Part shown: positions 1 through 11,429 of the stretch, piece after piece
How positions within the stretch are numbered: the stretch's first letter is position 1
How the letters are laid out: each line of letters begins with the position of its first letter
Origin: Eledone cirrhosa
Lineage: Eukaryota
Reading direction: 5' to 3'
Length of the DNA: 64,000 nt
Assembly: GCA_964016885.1 (NCBI GenBank)
Contig: OZ024748.1
Coordinates: forward strand, 19,530,001 to 19,594,000
Notes under the pieces: model-generated
What the model saw: only the letters and a program-made list of their open reading frames with translations
Databases searched by the model: none
Told to the model about the DNA's origin: nothing
Made by a program: the position numbers and the translations under genes

Positions 1-600
1 AGTACAACCTGTCTCATGGTCGGGTCGTTGGCGACTAAACTGGCAACCCCACCAAGGTTTCTTGGTGAGGAGGGTGACTTTGGACATCCTGCAGGACTAA
101 AAACAAAACCTGTCAAAGGGCCAAGGAGCTCTTAAGAGAGAGAGATGACCCCTTAGCCTTTGTCAAGGCAGAATTCTAGGAGAAGGAAAACTCTGATATA
201 ACACCTGCAACCCTGAAGGTATCCAATGATGTTGACTTGTTCTTCTTTTTGGTAAATACCATCTTGGTTAAGAGAGTGGGACTGGCTTTGTGCAGTGCCT
301 TTGTCACTATAAAAACTTCACGGCACAGGCATTGCTTTATATCTGGAGATCTCTTTGCACTTGTCATCACATGGTACCATGGGCCCAGCACTATGTGTCA
401 ATAATCGTCACAGGTGTAGTGTTTGTACCAGAGTTTTCAAGTCGCTGGCTGGACTAAAAAGTCACACTCATTCAGCGCATCGGTAGGGGTTCTCCTACAT
501 GGATATGAAGTAGTGGCCGTACTCGAAAACGAATTGGCAGCCATCATGTATGTATGTATGTATGTATGTATGTATGTATGTATGTATGTATGTATGTATG
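1..600 (+). mobile_element. RTE-clade-derived short non-autonomous element (5' UTR-like part joined to terminal C2H2 finger and (ATGT)n tail); runs off window start
   Basis: 1-215 resembles RTE 5' UTRs (CTAGGAGAAGGAAAACTCTGA). 409-486 reads HRCSVCTRVFKSLAGLKSHTHSAHR*, like the C-terminal zinc finger of RTE ORFs. (ATGT)n tail at about 546-600. No EN/RT between them. Confidence 0.55.
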
Positions 601-737
601 TTGTTGAGAGAGTGGGATTGGCTCAGTGCACAGCGTTTCCTCACTTTAAAAAATATCTTCACGCACGGGCATTGCACGATAGAATTAATAAATAATTATT
701 AATAATGTTATAGCGTGCAATGGTCATACTCGTTGAT

Positions 738-774
<37 letters not shown>

Positions 775-1328
775 TGTGTGTGTGTGTGTGTCTGTTTGTG
801 TCTGTGTGTGTGTGTATGTGTATCCCAGGTTGAGTCGGGGTAACCACAGTAAGTAAGGTATTCAATACATAGCAGAGTATAAATATTTAATATAGGAATG
901 CCTTCTACAGGACTAGAACTTTTGAAAGAAGTAGTTCTATCCTGTAGAAGCCATTTATATATATATATATATATATAAGGGAAATTAAATACCTTTGAAA
1001 ATCTGCTATGGGTTACTAGCTCTACACGTCCGTTTAATTTGATTACAAAATGATTAATAATTATTAATTAATTTAGGAAATACAACATTTTGGTCATATT
1101 CACCGCCAGTTCTTTGACAGTTGAGCTTAGTATTTATTAGTAATGTTTAGTATTATCCCGGGTGGGTTTCAACCTAGAAGACCTAATCAGTGTTAATGTA
1201 AATCACCGAATCGCAATATTTTCCCAACCAACGACATATTTTATTGATATGGTATCTTCCATGGAACACTCCACTATAATTACACCCATTCCAGATTGTT
1301 ATACCCTGATCGAGGGAAATGTTTAGAC

Positions 1329-1621
1329 CAGTCGTGGGCAACCTGAGTCCCGCGAAGCTTTCTGAATGGCTCGCCTAAGTCACCTAAGTGAAATCTTTCT
1401 GATTCTTTTACCCCAACTTTTCAGTCGTAATTTATTTTTCTTTCATTTTTACGATCGGGGAAAACAACGTGTATGAATTATGAAGAAACAAATCAAAATA
1501 ACCTGAGTCACTACCCTTTTTTTTTTAATGTGTGCACGAATGTAAATTAGCGCTTGCGGCAAGCCTGGGGATGAACCATTTCTCATGCGGCCCGCTTCTC
1601 GAAAAAGGTTGCCCATGCCTG
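1329..1621. mobile_element. hAT (Charlie-like) MITE, 293 bp
   Basis: Imperfect TIRs CAGTCGTGGGCAACCT / AGGTTGCCCATGCCTG. Exact 8-bp TSD GTTTAGAC at 1321-1328 and 1622-1629. Confidence 0.9.
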
Positions 1622-1649
1622 GTTTAGACGTTTGTATACTAAATTTTAA

Positions 1650-1950
1650 GGTAGCAAATTGATCGTGTCGTTAGAGTGTCGGATTACAAATGCTTCTATT
1701 TTTGATCTGGCTGACTGCACTATGATTTCAGATCACTGTGAGGTCAACTTTGGCTTTTATCCTCTCGAGGTCGATAAATGAGGCACATATCCAGTTTTTA
1801 CGTCGATTCTACTTTTCTCTCTCTTCTTCCGGAAGAAATCGGCTACGTTCCGACCCTGAGAGATATGGGCTCTGCCAGGTTTAAAACGTTTAAGAGGAGT
1901 CGTATGACAGCACAGTGACCCTATGGCTCCAGCAGGAGTTAAGGGCCCTC
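1650..1950 (+). mobile_element. Degenerate tRNA-derived SINE with alternative 3' tail
   Basis: Core GAGGTCAACTTTGGCTTTTATCCTCTCGAGGTCGATAAA resembles the other SINE copies; followed by a GGAAGAAATC... tail similar to 17554-17650. Confidence 0.5.
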
Positions 1951-2067
1951 TATCGGAAATATAGACTTTTTTAATAAAAGTACATGAAATTGTAAAATTA
2001 GCTCATGGTCCCCTATAGATCCACATGTCCTATGTTCAGAATTGGTGGCATAAAACAACGGATGGGT

Positions 2068-2712
2068 AACCAACCTACAGACTACCTGCTAAGATTTACC
2101 CAAGAACAACCTACAGACCACCTGCTAAGGTTTACCCAAGAACAACCTACAGATAACTTGCTAAGATTTACCCGAGAACAACCTACAGACCACCTGCTAA
2201 GATTTACCCGAGAACAACCTACAGACCACTTGCTAAGATTTACCCGAGAACAACCTACAGACCACCTGCTAAGATTTACCCGAGAACAACCTACAGACCA
2301 CCTGCTAAGAGTTACCTAAGAACAACCTACAGACTACTTGCTAAGATTTACCCGAGAACAACCTACAGACCACCTGCTAAGATTTACCCGAGAACAATCT
2401 ACAGACCACCTGCTAAGATTTACCCGAGAACAATCTACAGACCACCTGCTAAGATTTACCCGAGAACAACCTACAGACCACCTGCTAAGAGTTACCTAAG
2501 AACAACCTACAGACTACTTGCTAAGATTTACCCGAGAACAACCTACAGACCACCTGCTAAGATTTACCCGAGAACAACCTACAGACCACCTGCTAAGATT
2601 TACCCGAGAACAACCTACAGACCACCTGCTAAGAGTTACCTAAGAACAACCTACAGACTACTTGCTAAGATTTACCCGAGAACAACCTACAGACCACCTG
2701 CTAAGATTTACC
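2068..2712 (+). repeat. 36-bp minisatellite (AACAACCTACAGACCACCTGCTAAGATTTACCCGAG)n, about 18 copies
   Basis: Direct inspection; the 12-aa periodic ORF EQPTDHLLRFTR confirms the 36-bp period. Confidence 0.95.
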
Positions 2713-3220
2713 CCAAAACAGCCGCAAGAAGGAACATGAACTGTGTATGTATATGTGTGTGTATGTGTGTGAGTGTGTAAGTATGTGCGTGCGTGTGTAT
2801 GTGAGAGTATGTGTGTGTGTGTGCGTTTGTATGCGTTTGTGTGCGTGTGCATTTGTATGTGTGGGAGTGCTTGCGTTTGTTTGTGTGTGGGAGATAGCGA
2901 GAGAGAGGGATAGTGTGTGCTTGGACGTCTGTCAATGTGTATGTCTATTGGAATATGTGTATTGTATGCGTGAGGAGTTTACATCAGACATATTGGTGCT
3001 TCGTTTCATCTTTTCAGCTCTACAGTTATATATACGTGTGTATGGAAAGCTTGGATTACTATCACACATATGCTGTGCACGGCTTTACATTACAAATTTC
3101 GTGCTAATCAACTTCTCTTGAAAATGGTTTTTGAAGTTTAAAGCAAAGTAGAATATATTCCAATTAAAATTAAAAATTAAGTAAATTCAGTAAAATAATA
3201 ATAATAATAATAATAATAAT

Positions 3221-4196
3221 GTGTTCAGGTGGAGAAAAACAACCTACACAAATACGTGACTGATAGTAGGGAGCCAATGCTCAGAATTGTACCGAAGGAG
3301 AGGACAATAGACCAGGGGATGTCCAAGGAGGAAATAACAACAAGGAGAAAGAGCAACCTTCATGAAAAATCCCTTCATAGTACCTTCTTTGAGAAAACTG
3401 AATTCAGAGATCCACAGACATGGAACTGGTTGAAAAGAGGAGACCTTAAAAAGGCTACAGAAGGAATGCCAATGGCTACGCAAGAGCAAACCCTCAAAAC
3501 GAAGTGGCCTAAACACCATATTTACAAGGAGGAGGCTAGCCCACTGTGCAGGATCTGTGGAGAGAGAGAGGAGACTGTGGCTCACATTGTATCCGAGTGT
3601 AAACACCTAGCTCCGGCTCACTGTAAAGGCTGGAGACATGATGTGATGGGCAGGGTGATCCACTCGTACCTATGCAAAGTAAACAATTTACCACATTCTG
3701 AGAAGTGGTATGAGCATAAGCCAGAGTCGGTGATAGAAAACGATCAGGTGAAGGTGCTGTGGGATTTTAGGATACAGACGGACAAGAAACTGAAACACAA
3801 TAGGCCTGACCTAGTGGTTTTGGACAAGGAAAAAAGATCGTGCCTGATTGTGGTTGTAGCCTGCCCATTCGACACGAGAGTGCAAGAGAAGGAGAGGAAG
3901 AAAACTAACCGATACCAGGACTTAAAGTGGGAGGTAAAAAGGATTTGGAACTGCCATGAGGTCAAAGTGATCCCGATTGTCATAGGCGCACTAGGTACTA
4001 TCTCAAAAATTTTCCAAGGATGGTTAAAGAAAATTGGTCCCGCCCCGCTTTTTGGAACACTTCAAAAGGCATGCTTGCTGGGAACAGCAAGAACCCTCCG
4101 ATACGTCCTGAATATCTGAGGCTGCAGGTAGTGGCTTGATATATTCATTTCAACAAATTTTCCAGTTAAATAACATCAATGACTGAGACTCAAAGA
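3221..4196 (+). mobile_element. 5'-truncated R4/Dong-like non-LTR retrotransposon (CCHC finger + restriction-like endonuclease), family 1
   Basis: ORF 3229-4119 has CRICGEREETVAHIVSEC, RHD, RPDLVV..ACPFD, RYQDL, IPIVIGALG. (TAA)n on both sides (3194-3220 and about 4200-4261). Confidence 0.9.
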
Positions 4197-4207
4197 ACAA
4201 CAACAAC

Positions 4208-4263
<56 letters not shown>

Positions 4264-4523
4264 TTTCTTTATTAACCACAAGGGTTTACATAAAGTAGAC
4301 ATTAAGGACAGTGCAGGACAATGCAGGACAGTACAAATGGGCATTTCTGCGTGTAAAAAAACAAAAACAGAGGATGTAACAAAAATAACAATGAAAATAA
4401 CAATGAAAAATTCCCCAATAGGGGGGAGACTTCGGAGGGACATTTGTGGAGAAAGCCCAGTAAAAAGCCACAATGACTCTGACCACCAAGGCAAGTGCCC
4501 TCTCCCAGTTTTCCACCTTTAGT

Positions 4524-7500
4524 TTACAGATATATACTCAGAGTCGGCCCATTCACTCGGGCCATTCTTGCTTCTCTCACCCATCTTTCAACAAAATGCT
4601 GGGAAGAGAGCACTTCCTTCTCTACTCTGATTTTCCTTTTCAAATGAAATTTGAAAAAGTCAATCAGAGCATCACCGAAGAGGTAAGTGCTCGTCTTCAG
4701 CCCTTTCAAACGTGTCCACCATACTATCTCTTTCGCCATGGCCACCAGACAGATAAAAACTGCCTGCCCTTCCCGGCTAAAGGAGGAGGGCGGGGCAATC
4801 CTCACGATAGACTCAGATGATAGCTGGATCCGTCCTAAACGCGACAGCAGGTGTTCGACATAAACCCACAAGTCAGCAATTTTCGGACACTGGACGAGTG
4901 CGTGCAGGACGGTTTCGTCGCCCTGCGCGCATCTCGGACATGCCCGGCTGACGGCACCTCCATGCCTGTAGAGTTTATCCCGAACTGGCAAGGCTCCTCG
5001 GTAGCACTGCCAGGCCAGAGATTTCTGGAAGTTGTCCATAGGCCCTGGCCCGAAAGTTCTTCCGAAGAGATTGGCTAGTTGATTTTCGTCGACGCCTAGA
5101 GTTTCCCCAAGTACGTCGTCGCTCTTCCCCTCCACTAATCCTCTATAGAACGCCGAGGTGGAGTTTCCACCGATCACATTGCCCGATTGGTCGAGGGCTG
5201 TGAGCGCCTGAAGACATTCCAGTCTCCAGGCGCTCCCTCTCGGTCTTCGCTTGACCCAGGACTGCAGCTCCGTCAAGGAAACGAGCTGGGGAAAAACGCG
5301 TCTAGCAAACGGCGACCACACCTGATCACCGTCGAGGAAGAGGTGGAGATGTCGTAGCCTGAGCGCGTGCCTGCGCATCATCAGCCACGGCATGCCCAGC
5401 CCTCCACGTAGCGGGTGTTGACAACAGATGGACCGCCTGACCATCGGAGCACGTCCCTTCCACAAAAAGCGAAAGAGCAAACGCTCCAGCGCAGTCAGGC
5501 GAGGCTTAGGACAAGGTACGACGGTTAGGCGGTAGCAGATGACAGACGCGATGTACGCGTTAGCCACCTCCGCTCGACCTTTCAGGGATAGCTTCCTCTC
5601 CGCCCATTTCTGGGTGAGAGAAGCCACCCTGCTCGTCACCTCGTCCCAGTTTTTGTCCGTCTGGAGGTCCGGACCGAACCAGACCCCTAGCAATTTAACC
5701 GGTCCGTCCGTCCAGCGCCCGACGACGCTGTTGGACGGCATGGACCTGCCTCTCCAGGTGCCGAGCTGCAGGCCCACTGACTTTTCCTGGTTGATCATTG
5801 CTCCTGTCACCGCTTCGTATTCTCTTAGTGTAGTGCCGATCGCCTCGATGTGTTTGGCGTTCGACACCACTACGGTGACATCGTCCGCATATGCTGACAC
5901 GGATCTTCCGCATCCTAGTTCGCGCGGGACTCCCCTCAACGTCTCCAGTTTGTGCAGTAATGGCTCGAGAGTCAATACGTACAAGAGGGACGAGAGGGGA
6001 CATCCTTGGCGGACCGAGCGCATGATGTTGAACGGTTCCGACAGGTGACCGTTCACTCTCACCACAGAGCAGATGTCGCTGTGCATGGCAGCGATCCAGC
6101 CTCTGAAGACGGGCCCAAAGCCAGCCGCCCTCAGGACTGCCGCTAGGTAACGATGGTCGACCCTATCGAAAGCTTTCGACTGATCTAAATTGATCAAGGA
6201 CCCACCCGTGCCAGGTTCCCTAGCTACCCTCTCTACGATGTATCGCATGAGGTGGAGGTTGTCGTGGATGGATCTGTCGGGAATGGCGCATGTCTGCGCC
6301 TCTCCCACCAGACCACCAACGACAAGCGCCAACCTCTTTGCTAGCACCTTGGCCAAAATCTTAAACTCTGTGTTTAGCAGAGTTATGGGCCGGAAATTGT
6401 CTATGTTATCCCCCTTGTTCGGATCCTTTCTCAGCAGTGCCACCGCTCCTCGGCTCACAGAACTGGGAATTCTCCCGTTCTGTTGCCAGTTGCAGTAGAC
6501 GTCCGCCAAGAGGCCTCCGAACAAGTCTGGCATCTGTACGTAAAGTTCATAGGGCAGACCATCCAAACCAGGCGATTTACCCCTTGTGCAGCCAGTCATT
6601 GCCTCCCGTACTTCAGCGGCTGTTATCGGCTTTTCGCAACACTTCGCCTCAGTGGCCGAGAGCCGCGGCAGTCCGTCGAGGTAGACACTAAAGTCCATCC
6701 CTCTACCCGGCCCCCCGCTGCCCCCGAACAGCTGAGCGAAGTGTCGCTGAAAAGCTTCACACATTTGCCCGGGATCGAGTAGCATGCGCCCGTCGTGGTC
6801 CACCAAAGACCGGATCGTGGCTTTGTTGCCACGACGCGCCTCCGCCACTCGGGCCCATTGAACGGCTTTCGTCCCCTCGTGTCTGAGAGCACGCACCCTA
6901 GCTCTGACAACGCAGCCTTCGTGCTTTGCATTGAAGAATTGGTCAAGGGCCAATTTCGCCGCAAGCACGTCGGTCGCAATGCCTTTGCTAAGCGCCTCGT
7001 CTAATTTTCTAACTAGTTCTCCCTCTGCTCTATTTTTCTCTATTGCTAAAGCCTTACTAAACCTAATCGATTCTATTCTAATCGCTCTTTTCAGAGCAAA
7101 CCACCACTTGTTGTTGACGATGGCCCCCGTCAACGCCCGCTTAACTAGTTCGCTAATCCGGTCTCTGTAGGCCTTGCGCGCTGGTAAGGACGCGTTTAGC
7201 TTCCAGTAGCCGGGTCCTCGTCTATGAAGCCTATCTAAGTCAAGCACACAGATCACGAATTTGTGGTCCGTGTAGCTGACTATCTTGAATTGTGGACAGC
7301 CTATGCTAGACCTATCTATTTCCCTACAAAATACTCTATCTAGATATGATCTGGATGACCCTATGCGGTTTGTCCAAGTCCACATTGGCACATTCGGGAA
7401 ATCCAATCGGTACCTGTCAGACAGTTCAAAACGCCTGAGCAGGTTGGTGAGGCTCTTGCACCCTCCACCCCTATCCGCTAATCCCACACAGTCCCAGCGT

Positions 7501-7943
7501 GCATCTAAGATCCCGTTCCAGTCGCCCACTAACACTAAAGAGCGGGACGTTCCAAGAAAGGTCTCCAGACGCCGGAAGAAATCAGGCCGCCCTGCTCCTG
7601 TCGGGGCATAGACGGCCACTAGCCTGAAAGCTTGCCCGTCTCCGCTGGTCACGTCCAGCACCACCAGCTTACCCTCTGGGTCCAGGAAGATGGCCCGTAT
7701 GGCGAGATCCAAACCTCTCCGAAAAAGCACAGCAACTCCTCCACCCGATCCAGGACGGCTGGGAGATGCGTACACATCGTAGCCGCCGAAGATCGGTGCG
7801 AAGGCCCGTGCTTCGGAGATTCTGGTCTCGCTGATGGCCACTACATCTATGTTTAGTGACCTGAGGTCGTTGAGCAGGTGACCCTGCTTCCATGACGACC
7901 CCAAGCCACGCGCATTTATGCTGCCTATTCTGAGTGAGGTCAT
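4524..7943 (-). CDS. Tx1 ORF2: AP endonuclease + reverse transcriptase + C-terminal zinc finger (1139 aa)
   Basis: APE motifs INARG, SETR, VYAP, GDWN, YLDR, TDH. RT motifs KSPGLDGL, FRPITLLN, DQSKAFD, QGCPLS, YADD. C-terminal CPRC..ETVLHALVQC. Confidence 0.95.
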   Translation of the reverse strand: MTSLRIGSINARGLGSSWKQGHLLNDLRSLNIDVVAISETRISEARAFAPIFGGYDVYASPSRPGSGGGVAVLFRRGLDLAIRAIFLDPEGKLVVLDVTSGDGQAFRLVAVYAPTGAGRPDFFRRLETFLGTSRSLVLVGDWNGILDARWDCVGLADRGGGCKSLTNLLRRFELSDRYRLDFPNVPMWTWTNRIGSSRSYLDRVFCREIDRSSIGCPQFKIVSYTDHKFVICVLDLDRLHRRGPGYWKLNASLPARKAYRDRISELVKRALTGAIVNNKWWFALKRAIRIESIRFSKALAIEKNRAEGELVRKLDEALSKGIATDVLAAKLALDQFFNAKHEGCVVRARVRALRHEGTKAVQWARVAEARRGNKATIRSLVDHDGRMLLDPGQMCEAFQRHFAQLFGGSGGPGRGMDFSVYLDGLPRLSATEAKCCEKPITAAEVREAMTGCTRGKSPGLDGLPYELYVQMPDLFGGLLADVYCNWQQNGRIPSSVSRGAVALLRKDPNKGDNIDNFRPITLLNTEFKILAKVLAKRLALVVGGLVGEAQTCAIPDRSIHDNLHLMRYIVERVAREPGTGGSLINLDQSKAFDRVDHRYLAAVLRAAGFGPVFRGWIAAMHSDICSVVRVNGHLSEPFNIMRSVRQGCPLSSLLYVLTLEPLLHKLETLRGVPRELGCGRSVSAYADDVTVVVSNAKHIEAIGTTLREYEAVTGAMINQEKSVGLQLGTWRGRSMPSNSVVGRWTDGPVKLLGVWFGPDLQTDKNWDEVTSRVASLTQKWAERKLSLKGRAEVANAYIASVICYRLTVVPCPKPRLTALERLLFRFLWKGRAPMVRRSICCQHPLRGGLGMPWLMMRRHALRLRHLHLFLDGDQVWSPFARRVFPQLVSLTELQSWVKRRPRGSAWRLECLQALTALDQSGNVIGGNSTSAFYRGLVEGKSDDVLGETLGVDENQLANLFGRTFGPGPMDNFQKSLAWQCYRGALPVRDKLYRHGGAVSRACPRCAQGDETVLHALVQCPKIADLWVYVEHLLSRLGRIQLSSESIVRIAPPSSFSREGQAVFICLVAMAKEIVWWTRLKGLKTSTYLFGDALIDFFKFHLKRKIRVEKEVLSSQHFVERWVREARMARVNGPTLSIYL

Positions 7944-7978
7944 GTTTAAAATAGAGTGGAAAAGATGGGAAAGACCAC

Positions 7979-10078
7979 TTACCGTACTTTTGGTAGAGGA
8001 GGGATGGTTTTTACATCCCTTTTCACTTGATCGTCTGGTGAAGGGACCGTTGAATCGTCCCTTCGGCTGGTCGTCGGCTCTTCTAAGAGAATGTCTGAGT
8101 ATACTCTTCGATTGATGGTTCCTCCTAGGTCCCTGAAATCACCAACTGCGTTGGGGAATTTCGTTTTAATGTTTGTGTATTGTTTCTGTGCTATTTTTAG
8201 CAGTCTTATGTTAGTTGGCGTTTTGATTGGTGCTGGTATTATGTAGTCCTGTTGTGAAATGTCTGTGTGTTCAATTATGTAAGTCATTAGTTTCTTGTTG
8301 TGTGTATTTATTGCCGTGCATTTGTTTTTCTGGGGGTGAAGTGTGGTTCTACTATTTTCTTGTCGTTGTTGCTGGGTGTGTGTGTTTTGTTGTTGTGTTT
8401 GCGATGTTGGTGCTTGTGGTGGTGGTGTTGAAGGTGTTGTTGGCGGTGGGGTTGTCGCCGGTGGTGATGGTGGCGCTAGTGTGGGTGGTGATGGTGTTGG
8501 TGTTGTTGCTGCTGTGGGTCTCTTTGCAGTAGACTTTACCCTTTTCTCATTTCTTTCCTCACTTTTCAAAGGCGACGATGCGCTGCTTCTGCGTTTGTGC
8601 CTTCTTACGACCTTTTGCCATCTCTCTCCCACCTCACACTCCATGTCTGATTCTGTGAGGTCGGGGAGGGGTACCAACTCCACTCTTTCACTTGTTGTTG
8701 TTGGTGATGTTTGCACTGGAGTCTCTGTTGCAGCTGCATTTGGTATTGCTGTTGTTGTTGTTAGTATTTCCACTGCTGCTGCTGTTTTTGATTTCCGTGG
8801 AGTGGGTATGGGTGCCACGGGCCTATCGTTCCTGGTTGCCGCTTGTCCTGTTGCTGGTAGCCGTGGAGCCGGATTCGGAAGGAGGGGGGTTTTCTCCTTT
8901 CTCAGGGTCTTCTCGTTGCAGAAGGCCCTGAGGTGAGTCTTCGATCCACAGCGAAAGCATTTCGGGCGTTTGCCCTCAACACTTATGGGCAGTTGAGTGC
9001 CGTTATCGAAGTCTATCACATCCGGGATAGCTTCGATGCACTCCTGGTTGGTTTGGATTAGCATCTCAATGGAGGAGCCGACCCAATCTTCTCTTACTTT
9101 TTTCTGTACTTGCAGTACAGTTGTTTTGTCCTCGATTCCGACGAGGACAGACGCGGCCAGCCAAGAAGGGGTCATTCCGGGGGGGACGTGGGTCAGTTTG
9201 ACCCTCACAATTTTTTGCCCACAGTAGGAGGGCACCAACACCATTTCCTCGCTCCTTAGGGTCACTACTGATTGGGCCTTTGCCTCCTGGGGTGTGGCAA
9301 AAAGTACGTCTACGGTGGCATATTTTTTGCCTCGGGTGATGTGCGTTTTCCGCTGCCACACAGACCCCAAGGCTTTTTGTATTTGGGCCTCTGTGGCTCT
9401 TTCCACCCTACGGGATTTTGTACTTACTGTACGGTACGTGACCGTACAGTGCTCTTGGGTTTCGAAAAAATTTTTCGCTGCCTTGCAGATTGCTCGGTGT
9501 CCGTTCTTTGTCACCATCTTCTTCGCTTCCTCTAATTCCTCATTTGTTATGAGGATTGTTTCCAAGTTTTTCGCAATACCTGCAAATGAGATTGGTTTTT
9601 CTCTGCTGTTGTTGTTGTCGTCAGAGCTGCTGGTACTTTTGTTGTTGCTGCAGGTACTACGACTACTGCCTCCGCCGCTGTTGCTGTGGTTGTTGTTGTT
9701 GGTGTTGCTGCTGCTAATGCTATTGTTGTTTATGCTGCTGGTGATGCTGTTGCGGCTGCTACTGTTGTTTTCATTGTCACTGTTGCTGTTGTTATTACGG
9801 CTGCTACTGCTATTATTCCTGACGTCAGACGAATGAACTGGGTTTTCGTATTTCCCGCACACCTGTTTCGTCGCTGTCGTCGTCGTCGTAGAGAAACCTT
9901 GCACGCTTTGCACGAGACTTTTCTTTTCTTTCGTCACTTGCGAAAGAGAAGGGAGGGAGAGAGACACATTTAAAGAAGGGAGGGAGAGAGACAATCTTCT
10001 CTCTGCTGTAGTGATGATTGAGGAAGAAGAAGACGGAATGAGTGGGAGTGACGTATGAAATTTCTTTTTGGTAGCCAT
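7979..10078 (-). CDS. Tx1 ORF1 (gag-like nucleic-acid-binding protein, 699 aa from first ATG)
   Basis: Zinc knuckle CFRCGSKTHLRAFC; Asn/Ser and Pro/Thr low-complexity tracts; ATG at 10078; lies directly upstream of ORF2. Confidence 0.9.
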   Translation of the reverse strand: MATKKKFHTSLPLIPSSSSSIITTAERRLSLSLPSLNVSLSLPSLSQVTKEKKSLVQSVQGFSTTTTTATKQVCGKYENPVHSSDVRNNSSSSRNNNSNSDNENNSSSRNSITSSINNNSISSSNTNNNNHSNSGGGSSRSTCSNNKSTSSSDDNNNSREKPISFAGIAKNLETILITNEELEEAKKMVTKNGHRAICKAAKNFFETQEHCTVTYRTVSTKSRRVERATEAQIQKALGSVWQRKTHITRGKKYATVDVLFATPQEAKAQSVVTLRSEEMVLVPSYCGQKIVRVKLTHVPPGMTPSWLAASVLVGIEDKTTVLQVQKKVREDWVGSSIEMLIQTNQECIEAIPDVIDFDNGTQLPISVEGKRPKCFRCGSKTHLRAFCNEKTLRKEKTPLLPNPAPRLPATGQAATRNDRPVAPIPTPRKSKTAAAVEILTTTTAIPNAAATETPVQTSPTTTSERVELVPLPDLTESDMECEVGERWQKVVRRHKRRSSASSPLKSEERNEKRVKSTAKRPTAATTPTPSPPTLAPPSPPATTPPPTTPSTPPPQAPTSQTQQQNTHTQQQRQENSRTTLHPQKNKCTAINTHNKKLMTYIIEHTDISQQDYIIPAPIKTPTNIRLLKIAQKQYTNIKTKFPNAVGDFRDLGGTINRRVYSDILLEEPTTSRRDDSTVPSPDDQVKRDVKTIPPLPKVR

Positions 10079-10292
10079 GTTTTTTTTGTTTAAAATGAAA
10101 TTTTGGGTACAAAACCCCAATAACTGGTTATTTAACCCCGAAGGGCCAAATAACGGACAGAAAGACCCCTCTCACGAGGAGGAGGGTGTCTTTATCAACA
10201 ATTTGGTTCAAGTTTTAAACAATTTACAATTGTTTTAACGGTTAAAAATTACTATACCTTACAGAGCCGAGCCTCCGTCAACCATGGCATTC

Positions 10293-10331
<39 letters not shown>

Positions 10332-11328
10332 GTAATTAACGTATCATTATCAAACAGGATATGTTGTGAATAGTCTTTATTAAATGTAAGATGGCGTCTC
10401 CAAAATATAGTCGCGTATACGTTGCCGATAAAATTACCGTTAGACGCCGTCATTTGCTGTAATAACAGTAATTATACAAGTAATTCTCAACGTTCATCTC
10501 TAAGACATGGTTTATTATATTAACATATGAACATTGTTTACATTAACGACTACAATAGAATGTAGCTTTCAGCTAACAGAGCCGTGGAGTGAAATGTGTG
10601 GGTGAGAGTAGATATCTATATACTACTAAAACTCTGTGATTGTGTGCTTGTCTGTAATATAATACAGCCAAAACGACGCATAATGGGAAAATACTTTGAA
10701 AGAAAAATGTCCCTGAAATGGGAATACAAATTGAATAAAACAAGTCTCGCGTAAATCGGAACACGGGATCCTTAGATACGGGGTTTTTCCGGGTACCCTC
10801 ATAAATAGCCAACATCTCTGTGATAACCAATCAGATCGTTATTGCACTTACCGTTGTGTTTCATTTCCGAAAAGCCTTAGTGTAGTCAAGTTAAAGACAG
10901 GCAGGAAGAGATCCCGCTTAGATAACAACTAGACCACCCGAGATCCAACGGGTCACGAGTGGTCTAGTATACTTTAAAATTACGATATATGTTGGTGCTT
11001 GGTAGTGTAGTTGGTTCTAAAGATGGGCGCTACCGCCCACCGGCGAGCATATTGTTTATTATATATAAATTAAGGATTTTATTTATTATATATTATTTTC
11101 AATTTCTGTGTAGGTAGGTCTCTCCGGAAATAGAGTTGGCACAGCAGGTATTATGTGGTCGTATTATGGTAATATGTATATATGAGTATATGCATGTTTA
11201 TTGTGCATGCATGTGTATATATGTATATATATATATATACACGCATATATATATATAGAGAGATATGTAAGTAAGTATGCACACGTACACACACTAACAC
11301 GCACACACACACACGCACATACACACAA

Positions 11329-11429
<101 letters not shown>

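Larger units (their letters stand above)
4262..10292 (-). mobile_element. Full-length Tx1/L1-clade non-LTR retrotransposon, family A copy 1, in (ATT)n
   Basis: Intact ORF1 and ORF2. Ends defined by identity with 49647-55674: 5' GAATGCCATGG, 3' AATAAAGAAATC. (ATT)n on both flanks. Confidence 0.95.

Noticed and set aside
2005-2319. Repeat-containing small protein
   Set aside because: The frame is interrupted by TAA in variant units of the 36-bp minisatellite.
5539-7611. Antisense ORFs inside Tx1 ORF2, similar in both families
   Set aside because: Expected shadow of conserved GC-rich sense codons.
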